64,000 nt of DNA from Candidatus Babeliales bacterium. GTDB lineage: Bacteria; Babelota; Babeliae; Babelales; RVW-14. The position numbers and the translations under genes were made by a program. Under the pieces are notes generated by a model. That model was not told the DNA's origin. It saw only the letters and a program-made list of their open reading frames with translations, and did no database searches. This document shows, piece after piece, positions 44,889 through 54,241 of this stretch. The stretch covers positions 6,917 through 70,916 of the forward strand of contig JAIERW010000001.1 in NCBI GenBank assembly GCA_019746485.1, read 5' to 3'. How positions within the stretch are numbered: position 1 is the first letter of the stretch; each line of letters starts with the position of its first letter.

Positions 44889-45904
44889 AGTGTCAGCTCA
44901 TTTATTTTTACGGAGACCTGCTTGACCAGCTCTGCTTTATCTTTTTTAACAATTAACAAAGCATCGTCAGTTTCAATAATACATAAATCGTCAACACCGA
45001 TGCAGGCAACAAATTTCTTTTTTGAATAGGCCATATTGCCAGTCGCGTCAACATTAATAACGGCAACGTTATCGTGCGCATACGTTTCTTTGAGTTGCAA
45101 AAATGTGTACACATTGCCAACGTCGTACCATTCTAAATCGGCCGCAAAAACGACCGTGTTGCAGCTCTTTTCCATAACCGCATAATCAACTGAAATATTT
45201 TCAAGATCGGCATACGCACAGGTACCGCTTAAATAAGCCTGCATCGCCAAGCTCAGCATGGGCGCACAGGTTTTAAACTCTTGTAAAAAAGTTGAAGCTT
45301 TAGCAACAAAAATACCCATATTCCACAACATATCATCACGCTGCGCATATGCTTGCGCTAAAGCAAGCGTTGGTTTTTCGTGAAATTGAGCAACAGAAAA
45401 ACAACCGTCGTTTTGACTTGTTGGGTTAGTTTGAATGTAACCGTAACCGATTGCTGCACTGCGCGGCTTGAGACCGAATAAAGCAATTTTGTTGTGCACG
45501 GCAACGTAAGCAACCGCTTGGTTAACGATTGCGGTAAAAGCCTGCACGTCGGGGATAAAATGGTCGGCAGGCAAAAAGATAATAACAGCCTCCGGATCTT
45601 TTTGAAACACGCGGTAACAGCCCAGTAAAAGGGCTGGCGCGGTATTGCGGCCTTCTGGCTCACTCACCACAAAGCCAATGCTGTTGCCAACGGCATTGTT
45701 GATAAGAGCTTCTTGTTCGTTGCTGGTAACGACAAAAATTGTTTCTGGGGCCGTGGCAACGGACATAACACGCTCAATTGCTTGATCAAGCAATGACGAA
45801 TTATTTAAAAAGGGAATGAGCTGCTTGGGCCTGCTTTTATTACTCAGTGGCCACAGGCGCGTGCCAACGCCGCCCGCCATAATGCCGGCATACACTGTTG
45901 TCAT
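44885..45904 (-). CDS. manC: Mannose-1-phosphate guanylyltransferase (NTP-transferase domain only)
   Basis: GIMAGGVGTRLWPLSNKSRPKQ signature. At 339 aa it has no C-terminal cupin/isomerase domain. It overlaps both neighbouring genes by 4 nt (ATGA). Confidence 0.8.
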   Translation of the reverse strand: MTTVYAGIMAGGVGTRLWPLSNKSRPKQLIPFLNNSSLLDQAIERVMSVATAPETIFVVTSNEQEALINNAVGNSIGFVVSEPEGRNTAPALLLGCYRVFQKDPEAVIIFLPADHFIPDVQAFTAIVNQAVAYVAVHNKIALFGLKPRSAAIGYGYIQTNPTSQNDGCFSVAQFHEKPTLALAQAYAQRDDMLWNMGIFVAKASTFLQEFKTCAPMLSLAMQAYLSGTCAYADLENISVDYAVMEKSCNTVVFAADLEWYDVGNVYTFLQLKETYAHDNVAVINVDATGNMAYSKKKFVACIGVDDLCIIETDDALLIVKKDKAELVKQVSVKINELTL

Positions 45905-47238
45905 GTGCGTCTCCGCGCCGGCTTTTGCACCGGTTTGCGCGTTGCATACATCCACACAATCATAAGACCTGCTGCAGCAAGCATGATCAAGATAAATTCA
46001 AACATCATGCGAAAGCGCGCGCAGCCATCGTGCCCGGTAATGAGAGAAAAATAAGCGAGATAAGAACTGAAAAAATAAAAAAGCACATAACGTTTTTGAC
46101 CAAAAATAAACATAAGCGCAATTAAGCACAAGAGATAGCGCAGCGGCTGCCACACCGCTTCAAAAAAGGCTATAGCCCGCAACCACCAGCTGTTGGCACC
46201 GACAACAATATAACTTTTTATTTTGTGCCACCACGAGCCCTTCATTTTGAAAAACGAGATATCACCACCACGCACTTTTTCGTTGAGTAACACTTTTAAG
46301 TTGGTGGTATAAAGACCACAAAAAGTCTTGGCTACATTGGCAAGCCAAACATATACAAAGAGCTTAAAGTTATCTTTTGCGTCTTCAAAGAATTGATTTT
46401 TGATTTCTTGCATGCCACCTTCTTTTTGCGCATGCTTTTGCAACATCACTCGTTCGTAGTCTGCCGTGGTACCATTTTGCTGCGCGCGCACGTTGGGATA
46501 AAACCAAAAATAAAGATTAATTTCGTTCAGCTCAGTCAAGCGAAAATTACCAAAAGCATATTTGTTATGAATCATGTGCAGCATAATTGGCGCACAAAAA
46601 CAGAGTACAAAGATACTCATCATGTTGATAGTAACCTGCATACTGGCACGCTTTTTAAATAATACAAAAGCAATAAATGAAAGCGGAATCACAAAATACA
46701 GCGCCGCTGCTGGCTTGATTAGCATTGAAAGCCCAAGCGCAAGACCACTGTGAATCAGCGGCCGCTGCTGCGTAGTTTGCAAAAAAAGCGTAAAGCGCTC
46801 AAAAAAGAGCAGCAAAAAAAATGATAAACAAATTTCGGTCAAAATGAATTGCGAAAACGTTAGATAGCCAATATTGCAGGCAAAAAAGCCGGCTGAAATT
46901 ATGGCAATGGTTGGGTTAAAAAAGCGTCCGGCAAGGATAAAAAGCAATAAACCAGACAGTAATGAAAGTAAAATTTGTAATACAATCAGAGGTAAGGTTG
47001 ACTGCCCAAAGATTTTATAAATAAAACCCATAATGAGTGAATAGCCTAACGTGTAGTATGGCGTATGATTATTTTTGACTAAAATATTTTCTTGAGCAAA
47101 AAGCTGTGCATGATGCACATAAGCCTTAGAATCAATATCCTGATGCGCTTGCGGGCCTGCCGGCACGTGCTGGTACAATAAATATGAACAACCAACAAAA
47201 AAACTGGCAAAAAAAGCTAACAGTAAGCGCATTTTCAT
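45901..47238 (-). CDS. GT-C fold membrane glycosyltransferase (ArnT/PMT, GT39/GT83-like)
   Basis: Polytopic. The pattern DSKAYVHHAQLF..YYTLGYSLIMGFIYKIFG is shared with the two paralogs at 52838..55814. Start at ATG 47238 overlaps the asnB stop. Confidence 0.6.
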   Translation of the reverse strand: MKMRLLLAFFASFFVGCSYLLYQHVPAGPQAHQDIDSKAYVHHAQLFAQENILVKNNHTPYYTLGYSLIMGFIYKIFGQSTLPLIVLQILLSLLSGLLLFILAGRFFNPTIAIISAGFFACNIGYLTFSQFILTEICLSFFLLLFFERFTLFLQTTQQRPLIHSGLALGLSMLIKPAAALYFVIPLSFIAFVLFKKRASMQVTINMMSIFVLCFCAPIMLHMIHNKYAFGNFRLTELNEINLYFWFYPNVRAQQNGTTADYERVMLQKHAQKEGGMQEIKNQFFEDAKDNFKLFVYVWLANVAKTFCGLYTTNLKVLLNEKVRGGDISFFKMKGSWWHKIKSYIVVGANSWWLRAIAFFEAVWQPLRYLLCLIALMFIFGQKRYVLFYFFSSYLAYFSLITGHDGCARFRMMFEFILIMLAAAGLMIVWMYATRKPVQKPARRRT

Positions 47239-49196
47239 TGGCTCTCCCCTTTTGTTAACGCTAACACATTTTGCACCACCCACAGCTGCACGGCGCGCAC
47301 GGCAGAAGCGTTATTAAATAATGAATCTATATTTTTTACGTCGTCTGAAAAAAATGAACGTGTTTGCGCATTCAGGGCAGCAAAATAGTTGGGGAAATAC
47401 TGCCCTGCCCCAAACCAACGAACGGTTGGTGCGGCAAAGCCAACTTTTTTACGAAACACAATTGATGGTGGTAAATACTCTTGAGCAATTTTTTTGAGCA
47501 AATATTTGGTAATGCCATCTTTAAATTTAAGTGCTGCAGGAACGTGCATCATAAACTCAACAAGCTTATAATCAAGGTACGGCTCACGCGCTTCAACGCT
47601 CGTTGCCATAGCCATTTTATCGGCACGCATGAGCAACAGCTCGGGCAGGCGCTGCTTAAGCTCGAGATAGAGCATTTGTGCAGCAAAGTCGGCCCCGCGG
47701 ACATTCTTAATTTTGTTGCTGTGAAAATTAACAATCGCATAGCTATCAAACTCTTGGCGCGCGCCTTTTAAAATTTGGCGCACTACCCAATCTTCGTGCA
47801 GCGCGGCTTCTTTGAACATATTTTTTTGCAACATAGCATGCTTTTGGTGCTCGTTAAATGCAAGCGCGCCACCCCAAAAAAGATCGCGGTTGCCTGCCCA
47901 GTTGGTCATGAGCTCGGCATAATGAGAGTTCTTGTCAAAAACAGCATGGGAAAAGGTTTTTATACTTTTTTTCAAAAACGCTGGGAGCACTTTTTGCGAT
48001 GGCCGCCACAAGCGGTCATGTAATTTTTTGTACTGCGCGTACGTGCTGTAGCCAAAAAAAAGCTCGTCGGCGCCTTCGCCCACCTGCACCACTTTAACAC
48101 CGTGGTCGTGCGCTAACTTGGCAACGTAATAAAAAGGTATGCACACACAGTCGCCCAACGGTTCGTCGAGGTGATAGACCATCTTTTCATAAAAATCGAA
48201 CGCTTCCTTTTCGGTAATTACTACTTCGTGGTGCTGCGTACCAAACTGGTTGGCCACTTGGCGCGCCCAGGCAAGCTCATTAGATTCGGGGCCATCGGCA
48301 AACGCAACGGTAAAGGTTTTTACGTTGGGAACAAACTGCGACATTAAAGCAACATTCAAACTTGAATCAAGCCCGCCCGACAAAAAAGCACCAAACGCCG
48401 CATCAGACATCAACCGTTTTTTTGTTGAATTAATGAGTAACGTTTTAATAGCTTCTAAACAAAATTGTTCGTTATTAAACTCTTTGCGCTCTGCTTTGGT
48501 TATGGTGGTAATTGGCGAATACCACTCATGAAACGTGACGGCACGTTGTGCGTCAACTTTGAGATAATAGGCTGCTGGCAGCTTGTAAATGTCGTGATAA
48601 AACGTGTAGGGCGCGGGTGTAACCATGAATGTTAACGAATGATAAAGCGCCTGGTTAGAAATAGTTTTTTTGTTCCACGGCAGCTGCCACAGCGCTTTAA
48701 TTTCTGATGCAAAACTAACAAAACCGCCCTGCAACGAAAAATAGAGCGGCTTAATACCAATGCGGTCACGCACCAAATAAAGCTCGTTTTTTACACGGTC
48801 AAATAAAGCAAAAGCAAACATGCCATCGATGCGTTGCAAAAAACTGATACCCCACGCTTGATAAGCATAGAGCAGTGTTTCGGTATCTGAATGTGAGCGA
48901 TAGCGATAACCCAGCGCTTCTAGTTCTTTGCGCAGCTCTTGATGATTATAAATTTCGCCGTTAAACGAGATAACGACCGTTTCTTGCGGATCGAGCATGG
49001 GCTGGTTGCCAGCACTTGAAAGATCGACAATAGCAAGCCGACGGTGAGCAAGCCCCATGCCGCGGTCCTGATCTATCCAAACACCAGCACCGTCAGGCCC
49101 GCGATGCGCAATTGCCTCATGCATTGCCACGAGCAGTGATTGCTCAATTGCCTGGCTTTGTTCGCCAAGCTTTCCATAACCGGCAATACCGCACAT
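47235..49196 (-). CDS. asnB: Asparagine synthase (glutamine-hydrolysing) family amidotransferase
   Basis: N-terminal MCGIAG (Cys2 nucleophile; start set at ATG 49196) and the PP-loop SGGLDSS. The polysaccharide-locus context suggests a sugar amidotransferase role. Confidence 0.85.
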   Translation of the reverse strand: MCGIAGYGKLGEQSQAIEQSLLVAMHEAIAHRGPDGAGVWIDQDRGMGLAHRRLAIVDLSSAGNQPMLDPQETVVISFNGEIYNHQELRKELEALGYRYRSHSDTETLLYAYQAWGISFLQRIDGMFAFALFDRVKNELYLVRDRIGIKPLYFSLQGGFVSFASEIKALWQLPWNKKTISNQALYHSLTFMVTPAPYTFYHDIYKLPAAYYLKVDAQRAVTFHEWYSPITTITKAERKEFNNEQFCLEAIKTLLINSTKKRLMSDAAFGAFLSGGLDSSLNVALMSQFVPNVKTFTVAFADGPESNELAWARQVANQFGTQHHEVVITEKEAFDFYEKMVYHLDEPLGDCVCIPFYYVAKLAHDHGVKVVQVGEGADELFFGYSTYAQYKKLHDRLWRPSQKVLPAFLKKSIKTFSHAVFDKNSHYAELMTNWAGNRDLFWGGALAFNEHQKHAMLQKNMFKEAALHEDWVVRQILKGARQEFDSYAIVNFHSNKIKNVRGADFAAQMLYLELKQRLPELLLMRADKMAMATSVEAREPYLDYKLVEFMMHVPAALKFKDGITKYLLKKIAQEYLPPSIVFRKKVGFAAPTVRWFGAGQYFPNYFAALNAQTRSFFSDDVKNIDSLFNNASAVRAVQLWVVQNVLALTKGESQ

Positions 49197-49214
49197 ACGC
49201 ACCTCTTAGCATTT

Positions 49215-50657
49215 TTACAGCGCGCTTGATCTGATTGTTGCATCAACAGGCCGCACAACAGTTTTTTCTTTTTCAAGTACTTTATCAACAGCAGAAATGG
49301 CCGAGAGCATTGCAATGTCCATATTGTTATAACGATGCAGACCATTGCGCCCCATGAGCTCGAGATTAGAAAAAGTTCCTAAATAATTAAGAACAGTGGA
49401 CAAATGTTCTTTATAATGCTCATCGTACAGGGGATATGCCTCGGCCGTCTTCATTACCATTCCGTCCAACACTTCATCTGCTTTTAGCAAGCCAATTTTT
49501 TCAAGTTCAAGTTTGGCGATTTCAACCAACTCCTGCTCAGTTTTTAACCAAAATGCCTCACCAACAAAAGCAAAGTATTCCAAACTCAAGGCGGTGTGGC
49601 CGGGATGATCTACCATGCCCATTGAAAAATTGTTCATATTGCCAATGCGGCCCATTTTTACTTTTTTCTCGTGAACGTAGAGCCAGTGGTCTGGGCAAAT
49701 AGCCGTTTTATTTACAATCAAATTTACCGTAATCAGACCACGATATTGCAACGAATTTGCTGCGTTAATAATAATGTCTGGCGGTAATGGATCGAGCGAT
49801 TTTATGAGCGTTCTGAGTGGCATGGTTGAGAAAAAATAATCGGCATCGTAACGCGCTAATGTTTGCACGCCACTCGTTGAACGCTTGTCTTGTGCGTGCA
49901 CGGCAACAATCTTTTTGCCGTCATGCTCAAGCGAAACCACATCTTGGTTGAGATGCACGCTACCGCCTTCAAAACTTTGGAGCCAATTAGCAGCTTTTTC
50001 CCACAACGTACCAGCACCTTTTGATGGATAATAAAAATCATCGCGGATAGTTCGTGGTTTATTTTTTTTGTAAAAACGGCCAAAGAAGGCAAAAAATATC
50101 GCTTTAGAAAGTGAAAAGCCGCTGATGCGCTGCGCTGCCCAGTCTGAAGAAATTTGGGAACATTCAATGCCCCACACCTTTTCGGTATACGTTTTAAAAA
50201 AAATACTAAAAAGGTGATACCCAAATTTGTTGGTTACCCAGTCTTGAAATGACCTAACTTTTTTTATGGGAAAAAGACGGTAGCGAATGTAACTAACCAT
50301 GCAACGCAAACATTCCCACAAGCTTAAGCCTTCCAAAACGTTGATTGGCTCGAGTGGATAGTTGAAAAAGTGGTTATTATAATAAATGCGGGTAAAGCGC
50401 TTGTGTTCAAGAAAATCGCCCTGCATCAGATCTTTCCACCATGTTTCAATTTTTTCTGAGCTGGTTATAAAATGATGCGGCCCAATGTCATAGCGACAGC
50501 CCCGATATTCGGTGGTGCGCGCAAGCCCGCCAATAACATTGTCGCGCTCTAACACGGTTGCTTCAAAATTACCGGTTTTAAGAAGTTCAATACCGGCAGT
50601 TAGGCCTGCTGGCCCAGCACCAATGATCAGTGCTTTATTTTTTTTACTACTCACCAT
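49215..50657 (-). CDS. FAD/NAD(P)-binding oxidoreductase (amine oxidase / UDP-galactopyranose mutase-like fold)
   Basis: N-terminal dinucleotide-binding motif KALIIGAGPAGLTAGIEL. Length 480 aa. Confidence 0.7.
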   Translation of the reverse strand: MVSSKKNKALIIGAGPAGLTAGIELLKTGNFEATVLERDNVIGGLARTTEYRGCRYDIGPHHFITSSEKIETWWKDLMQGDFLEHKRFTRIYYNNHFFNYPLEPINVLEGLSLWECLRCMVSYIRYRLFPIKKVRSFQDWVTNKFGYHLFSIFFKTYTEKVWGIECSQISSDWAAQRISGFSLSKAIFFAFFGRFYKKNKPRTIRDDFYYPSKGAGTLWEKAANWLQSFEGGSVHLNQDVVSLEHDGKKIVAVHAQDKRSTSGVQTLARYDADYFFSTMPLRTLIKSLDPLPPDIIINAANSLQYRGLITVNLIVNKTAICPDHWLYVHEKKVKMGRIGNMNNFSMGMVDHPGHTALSLEYFAFVGEAFWLKTEQELVEIAKLELEKIGLLKADEVLDGMVMKTAEAYPLYDEHYKEHLSTVLNYLGTFSNLELMGRNGLHRYNNMDIAMLSAISAVDKVLEKEKTVVRPVDATIRSSAL

Positions 50658-50715
50658 ACGTCCTTTTGTTTAGCAAATAAATGCAAACTCTCAAGATACG
50701 ATAGTTTAAAAAGTT

Positions 50716-51699
50716 CTATTTTGCAACGTGCAATTTCATCCGCTCAACGTCATAGACAAACTTTGGAATGTAGTGCATATGCGGGGAATTGTTGTTAAAT
50801 TTATACAGATCATCAATATCAATTTTAAAGCCAATGTTGAATTCGTCCAAAAGCTCAGTTGTTGAAAAAAATTGCATATTACGCATCTCTTTATTTTCTT
50901 GTACCAAATTGAGAGGAATGTTAACCATTTTTGAATGCTCGTAACAAAGTCCCTTGAAAGCAGGATTAACATGACGAGACCAAGCCGCGTCAAGATAGTT
51001 TGGTGTTAGATAATCAAGTGTTAAAAGCTCAGTAATGACATCGCTCTTTCTAAAAATAGTCATATCCATAGAATTAGGATAATTCCAATCGTACTGACCT
51101 TGACCAAAAGCCCATGAAAAAATACCCTTTTCTACTTCTTGTAACGGCGGATTAGGAAAATCTTGGTGAATTGAGAGGGTATAACACTGTGTAATGTTTT
51201 TACCAAGGCGCAAGTAAAAGCTGTACGCATCATGCTCTTCCATCGCTCGCACGCAATCTTGTAAATCAACTTCTTCCGTAACAACAATGTCATCAACGCC
51301 AAACATAAGATACGAATCTTGAGATTCTTCTAATATTTTTTGCAAATGGGGTTTGATACTTGGCATAGCCTCGCGTTGCTCAATGAATTGCACATCTGGA
51401 TAGACACGCTCAAGTTCATAGTATGCGCTGGCAAATGCCGAGCTACTCGCGCGATAAATAACATGTGTTTGATTAAGACCCTTAACCCGCTTGGCAACTG
51501 ACTCTAAAAAAGCATGCAATTGCAATGGACGATCATAAGAAAATGTGATCAGAATAACATCACTATTTTTTTGTACAGAGGCAACGCGCATGAGTTGGCG
51601 AATTTTTTCAAACTGGGCGCCATTTTCGGCAGAACAAACAGAAACGCCAGCAAAAATAAAAAATGCTAAAAGCTTCAAACGATACGCAATCATCTGCAT
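50716..51699 (-). CDS. Putative signal-anchored GT-A-like glycosyltransferase
   Basis: Signal anchor IAYRLKLLAFFIFAGVSVCSA. VILITFSYDRPLQL resembles the GT-A N-terminal strand, and MFGVDD is a DxD-like motif. The start is ambiguous (ATG 51699 or 51693; the track uses GTG 51738). Confidence 0.35.
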   Translation of the reverse strand: MQMIAYRLKLLAFFIFAGVSVCSAENGAQFEKIRQLMRVASVQKNSDVILITFSYDRPLQLHAFLESVAKRVKGLNQTHVIYRASSSAFASAYYELERVYPDVQFIEQREAMPSIKPHLQKILEESQDSYLMFGVDDIVVTEEVDLQDCVRAMEEHDAYSFYLRLGKNITQCYTLSIHQDFPNPPLQEVEKGIFSWAFGQGQYDWNYPNSMDMTIFRKSDVITELLTLDYLTPNYLDAAWSRHVNPAFKGLCYEHSKMVNIPLNLVQENKEMRNMQFFSTTELLDEFNIGFKIDIDDLYKFNNNSPHMHYIPKFVYDVERMKLHVAK

Positions 51700-51790
51700 T
51701 CCCTTCTCTTTTAATTTTTTTTGATTTTTTAATAACACGTGACTATCATTATCTTGTCAAGAAACAACGAGAAATCAAGGAGAGAAAATT

Positions 51791-52906
51791 ATGAAGAAAA
51801 TACTCACGCTTATTATCGCCGTTATTCTAAATAGCTCATGTCATGCGCTTTCGCTACCCGACAACGTTACCCTTTCGCTTGAAGTAATACCTCAAGAAAC
51901 TCTGCAAAAATTTATTACGTACACCAACCGCTATTTTGACCGCGAACGCGCTATGGAATTTCCCGACGATATTGTTAGAGAATTAGCACAGGAAGAAATT
52001 GCAGAAAACGATTTAGAGCTGTGGCAGCTCTATGCCCTTGCTCATCATTTGGACTATGGCGTTACCGCACATATTTGCGCACGACAACACCTGAATAAAA
52101 CTCAAAACCTACCACTTGAGCAACGCTTACAAGCACCCTTTAACTTACCTTCAGACGTTTTACGCAAGCATTATTTTTTAATGACCAAAGATGCTTCGGT
52201 CATGAGATACACAAACGAAGATGGCAACCTTGTCACGCTCAGCATGAATCTTTTTGAATACATTTATGGCCGCCGACTTGAAATTAATAATTCAGTTCTG
52301 GAAGTTAACGGCTTTTTTTTAGACGATATTTCTGGCATTGAAGTTTGTTTAGACGACCCGGCAGCTTTTGCTTTTGATTTTAGCGACAACCTTTTGACAA
52401 AAATACCTGAAGGCATCTCATGCGCTCAGCAAGTAACCAGCATTAATTTTTCTGGCAATAAACTCACCTCACTGCCTGAAGGTCTGTGCCAATTAAAAAA
52501 ACTTGAAAAACTTGATATCAGAAACAATCAGATCACTCAGCTACCAAAAAATATGGGCAACTTAACAAACTTGTGGCGCCTTGATGCCGACAACAATGAC
52601 ATAACAAGCCTGCCAGAAAGTATCAGCGATTTAGAAAACTTGCACTGGCTTTCGCTCAGAAATAATAAACTTACTGAACTACCAAACGACTTGTACAAAC
52701 TAGACAGCCTTGAACGGTTGTATGTTAACAACAACAACATTAGCCACTTGCCAGACAATATCAGCTGGACACAAAACTTGCGCGTATTCGACGCACATAA
52801 CAATCCGCTGACGCAATTACCTAAAGATTATAAACGCTTAACCAGAGTACCGGTGCTTAATCTTGAACCAACACCAGCACCAGAAGTAACTAGCACTAAT
52901 AATTAA
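51791..52906 (+). CDS. Secreted leucine-rich-repeat protein (23-residue eukaryote-type LRRs)
   Basis: Signal peptide MKKILTLIIAVILNSSCHA. At least six tandem 23-aa units of the form L..LP..i..L..L..L....N. An example is KLTSLPEGLCQLKKLEKLDIRNN / QITQLPKNMGNLTNLWRLDADNN. Confidence 0.85.
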   Translation: MKKILTLIIAVILNSSCHALSLPDNVTLSLEVIPQETLQKFITYTNRYFDRERAMEFPDDIVRELAQEEIAENDLELWQLYALAHHLDYGVTAHICARQHLNKTQNLPLEQRLQAPFNLPSDVLRKHYFLMTKDASVMRYTNEDGNLVTLSMNLFEYIYGRRLEINNSVLEVNGFFLDDISGIEVCLDDPAAFAFDFSDNLLTKIPEGISCAQQVTSINFSGNKLTSLPEGLCQLKKLEKLDIRNNQITQLPKNMGNLTNLWRLDADNNDITSLPESISDLENLHWLSLRNNKLTELPNDLYKLDSLERLYVNNNNISHLPDNISWTQNLRVFDAHNNPLTQLPKDYKRLTRVPVLNLEPTPAPEVTSTNN

Positions 52907-54241
52907 CAACGGCTCTGCTGGTAGCCGCAAGCGCGCATAACCACAAGCAAGCGACAGCCCCACAAAAAGACCACCAAACCACATAGTTATAAAAAGTGGT
53001 TCACGTGGTGCTTGACCAAACAAGCACAATAGAGCGTAGCCAACAAAGCCAAGTAGCATGATCGCGAATAAAAATATTTCGCTATAAATAACGCCATATA
53101 TTTTTTTGTTGTTAAGCTGCGGTTTGAGAAAACGCATGAGCAAATCTGTTACGCTTCTTTTATGCGAATAAGCAGGTAAAGCACCACCAGAATCTATCAC
53201 CAGCAGTTCTGAAGAATACAGCGCAAAGGTTGTTTTGAGCATATTGCGCAGCGCATGCGCACCAGTGCGCAGGGGATTTTTGAGCATATAATTTTTGGCA
53301 ATAATTTGGGCTACGTCAGACTCTTCGATATCTAACAATGGCCTGCCCACCCGCATACGCTTTTCCTGCAAAGCAGCTGAATACTCTTTTTGAATAATTT
53401 CTTGCGCTTGCTGATACGTGCTGTCGCACTGTTCCATGCACAGGCGCGCGGCAACATGATTTAAAAAATGCACGCCCGAAAGTGTGTGAAAAAAAAGATA
53501 ACCAGTCAGTGCGTAGTTACGCCACAGCCAAGGCAGCACAACCGCAAACCAACTCAGAAATAAAACACCAGCGCTTCGGACTTTTTGTGCCAGCGGCACT
53601 TGTGCTATCAAAAAAAATAAAACAATCGAAGCGATCAGCGTAAAATGGCCAACTGGTCTAATGAGTGATGCGATGCCTAAAAAAAATCCGCTCATCCCGA
53701 CCTGTCCTCCGAAGCCACCTGGGCGCAGGGGGAGTGTTTTTCCGCAGGAAAAATGTATCGAGGGGGGGATAAAAAATAATAAAAACAGCGTAAAAAAAAA
53801 AGCGAAAAGCGTTTCGGTCATAACTAAACCAGAAAAAATAAGATAGCCGGGGTGTACAGCCCCAACAAGTGCGGCAACACGCGCAACCACAATATTTCCG
53901 GGAAAAAGCGTGAGTGATAAAAAAAAGAACAGAATGGGAAGCAGGCTTGCAAAAACAACCTGCACAAGCAAAGCAACGTGCGGACTAGCCCCAAACAATT
54001 TATAGCACGCAGCTAAAAAGAACGAATAACCGGGCAGTCGGTAAAACTGCGATGCACCATCAGCATGCACAATACCCTGCCCGTTGCTCAACAAAAGCGC
54101 CAGCTCATGATAATGCCCCGAATCAAAAGCAAGCTGGCAAGGATTCTCGTGCAAAAATGCATAAAAAAAAATAAGACGAATAGTTAACGAAAGAATAAAA
54201 ATAGTCGTTAAAAAAAAACTATGCTGTTTAATGCTGTTCAT
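52838..54241 (-). CDS. GT-C fold membrane glycosyltransferase (ArnT/PMT-like), paralog
   Basis: Polytopic. AFDSGHYHELALLL..FYRLPGYSFFLAACYKLFG. The 3' end overlaps the convergent LRR gene by 69 nt. Confidence 0.6.
   Translation of the reverse strand: MNSIKQHSFFLTTIFILSLTIRLIFFYAFLHENPCQLAFDSGHYHELALLLSNGQGIVHADGASQFYRLPGYSFFLAACYKLFGASPHVALLVQVVFASLLPILFFFLSLTLFPGNIVVARVAALVGAVHPGYLIFSGLVMTETLFAFFFTLFLLFFIPPSIHFSCGKTLPLRPGGFGGQVGMSGFFLGIASLIRPVGHFTLIASIVLFFLIAQVPLAQKVRSAGVLFLSWFAVVLPWLWRNYALTGYLFFHTLSGVHFLNHVAARLCMEQCDSTYQQAQEIIQKEYSAALQEKRMRVGRPLLDIEESDVAQIIAKNYMLKNPLRTGAHALRNMLKTTFALYSSELLVIDSGGALPAYSHKRSVTDLLMRFLKPQLNNKKIYGVIYSEIFLFAIMLLGFVGYALLCLFGQAPREPLFITMWFGGLFVGLSLACGYARLRLPAEPLLIISASYFWCWCWFKIKHRYSG

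Noticed and set aside
51840-51990. Possible F-box in the N-terminal domain of the LRR protein (LSLEVIPQETLQKFITY resembles LP.E.L..I..YL), which would give an FBXL-like F-box plus LRR architecture.
   Set aside because: Only the first third of the F-box pattern is matched and the distal V[CS]K.W part is absent. This is too weak to claim without a profile search.
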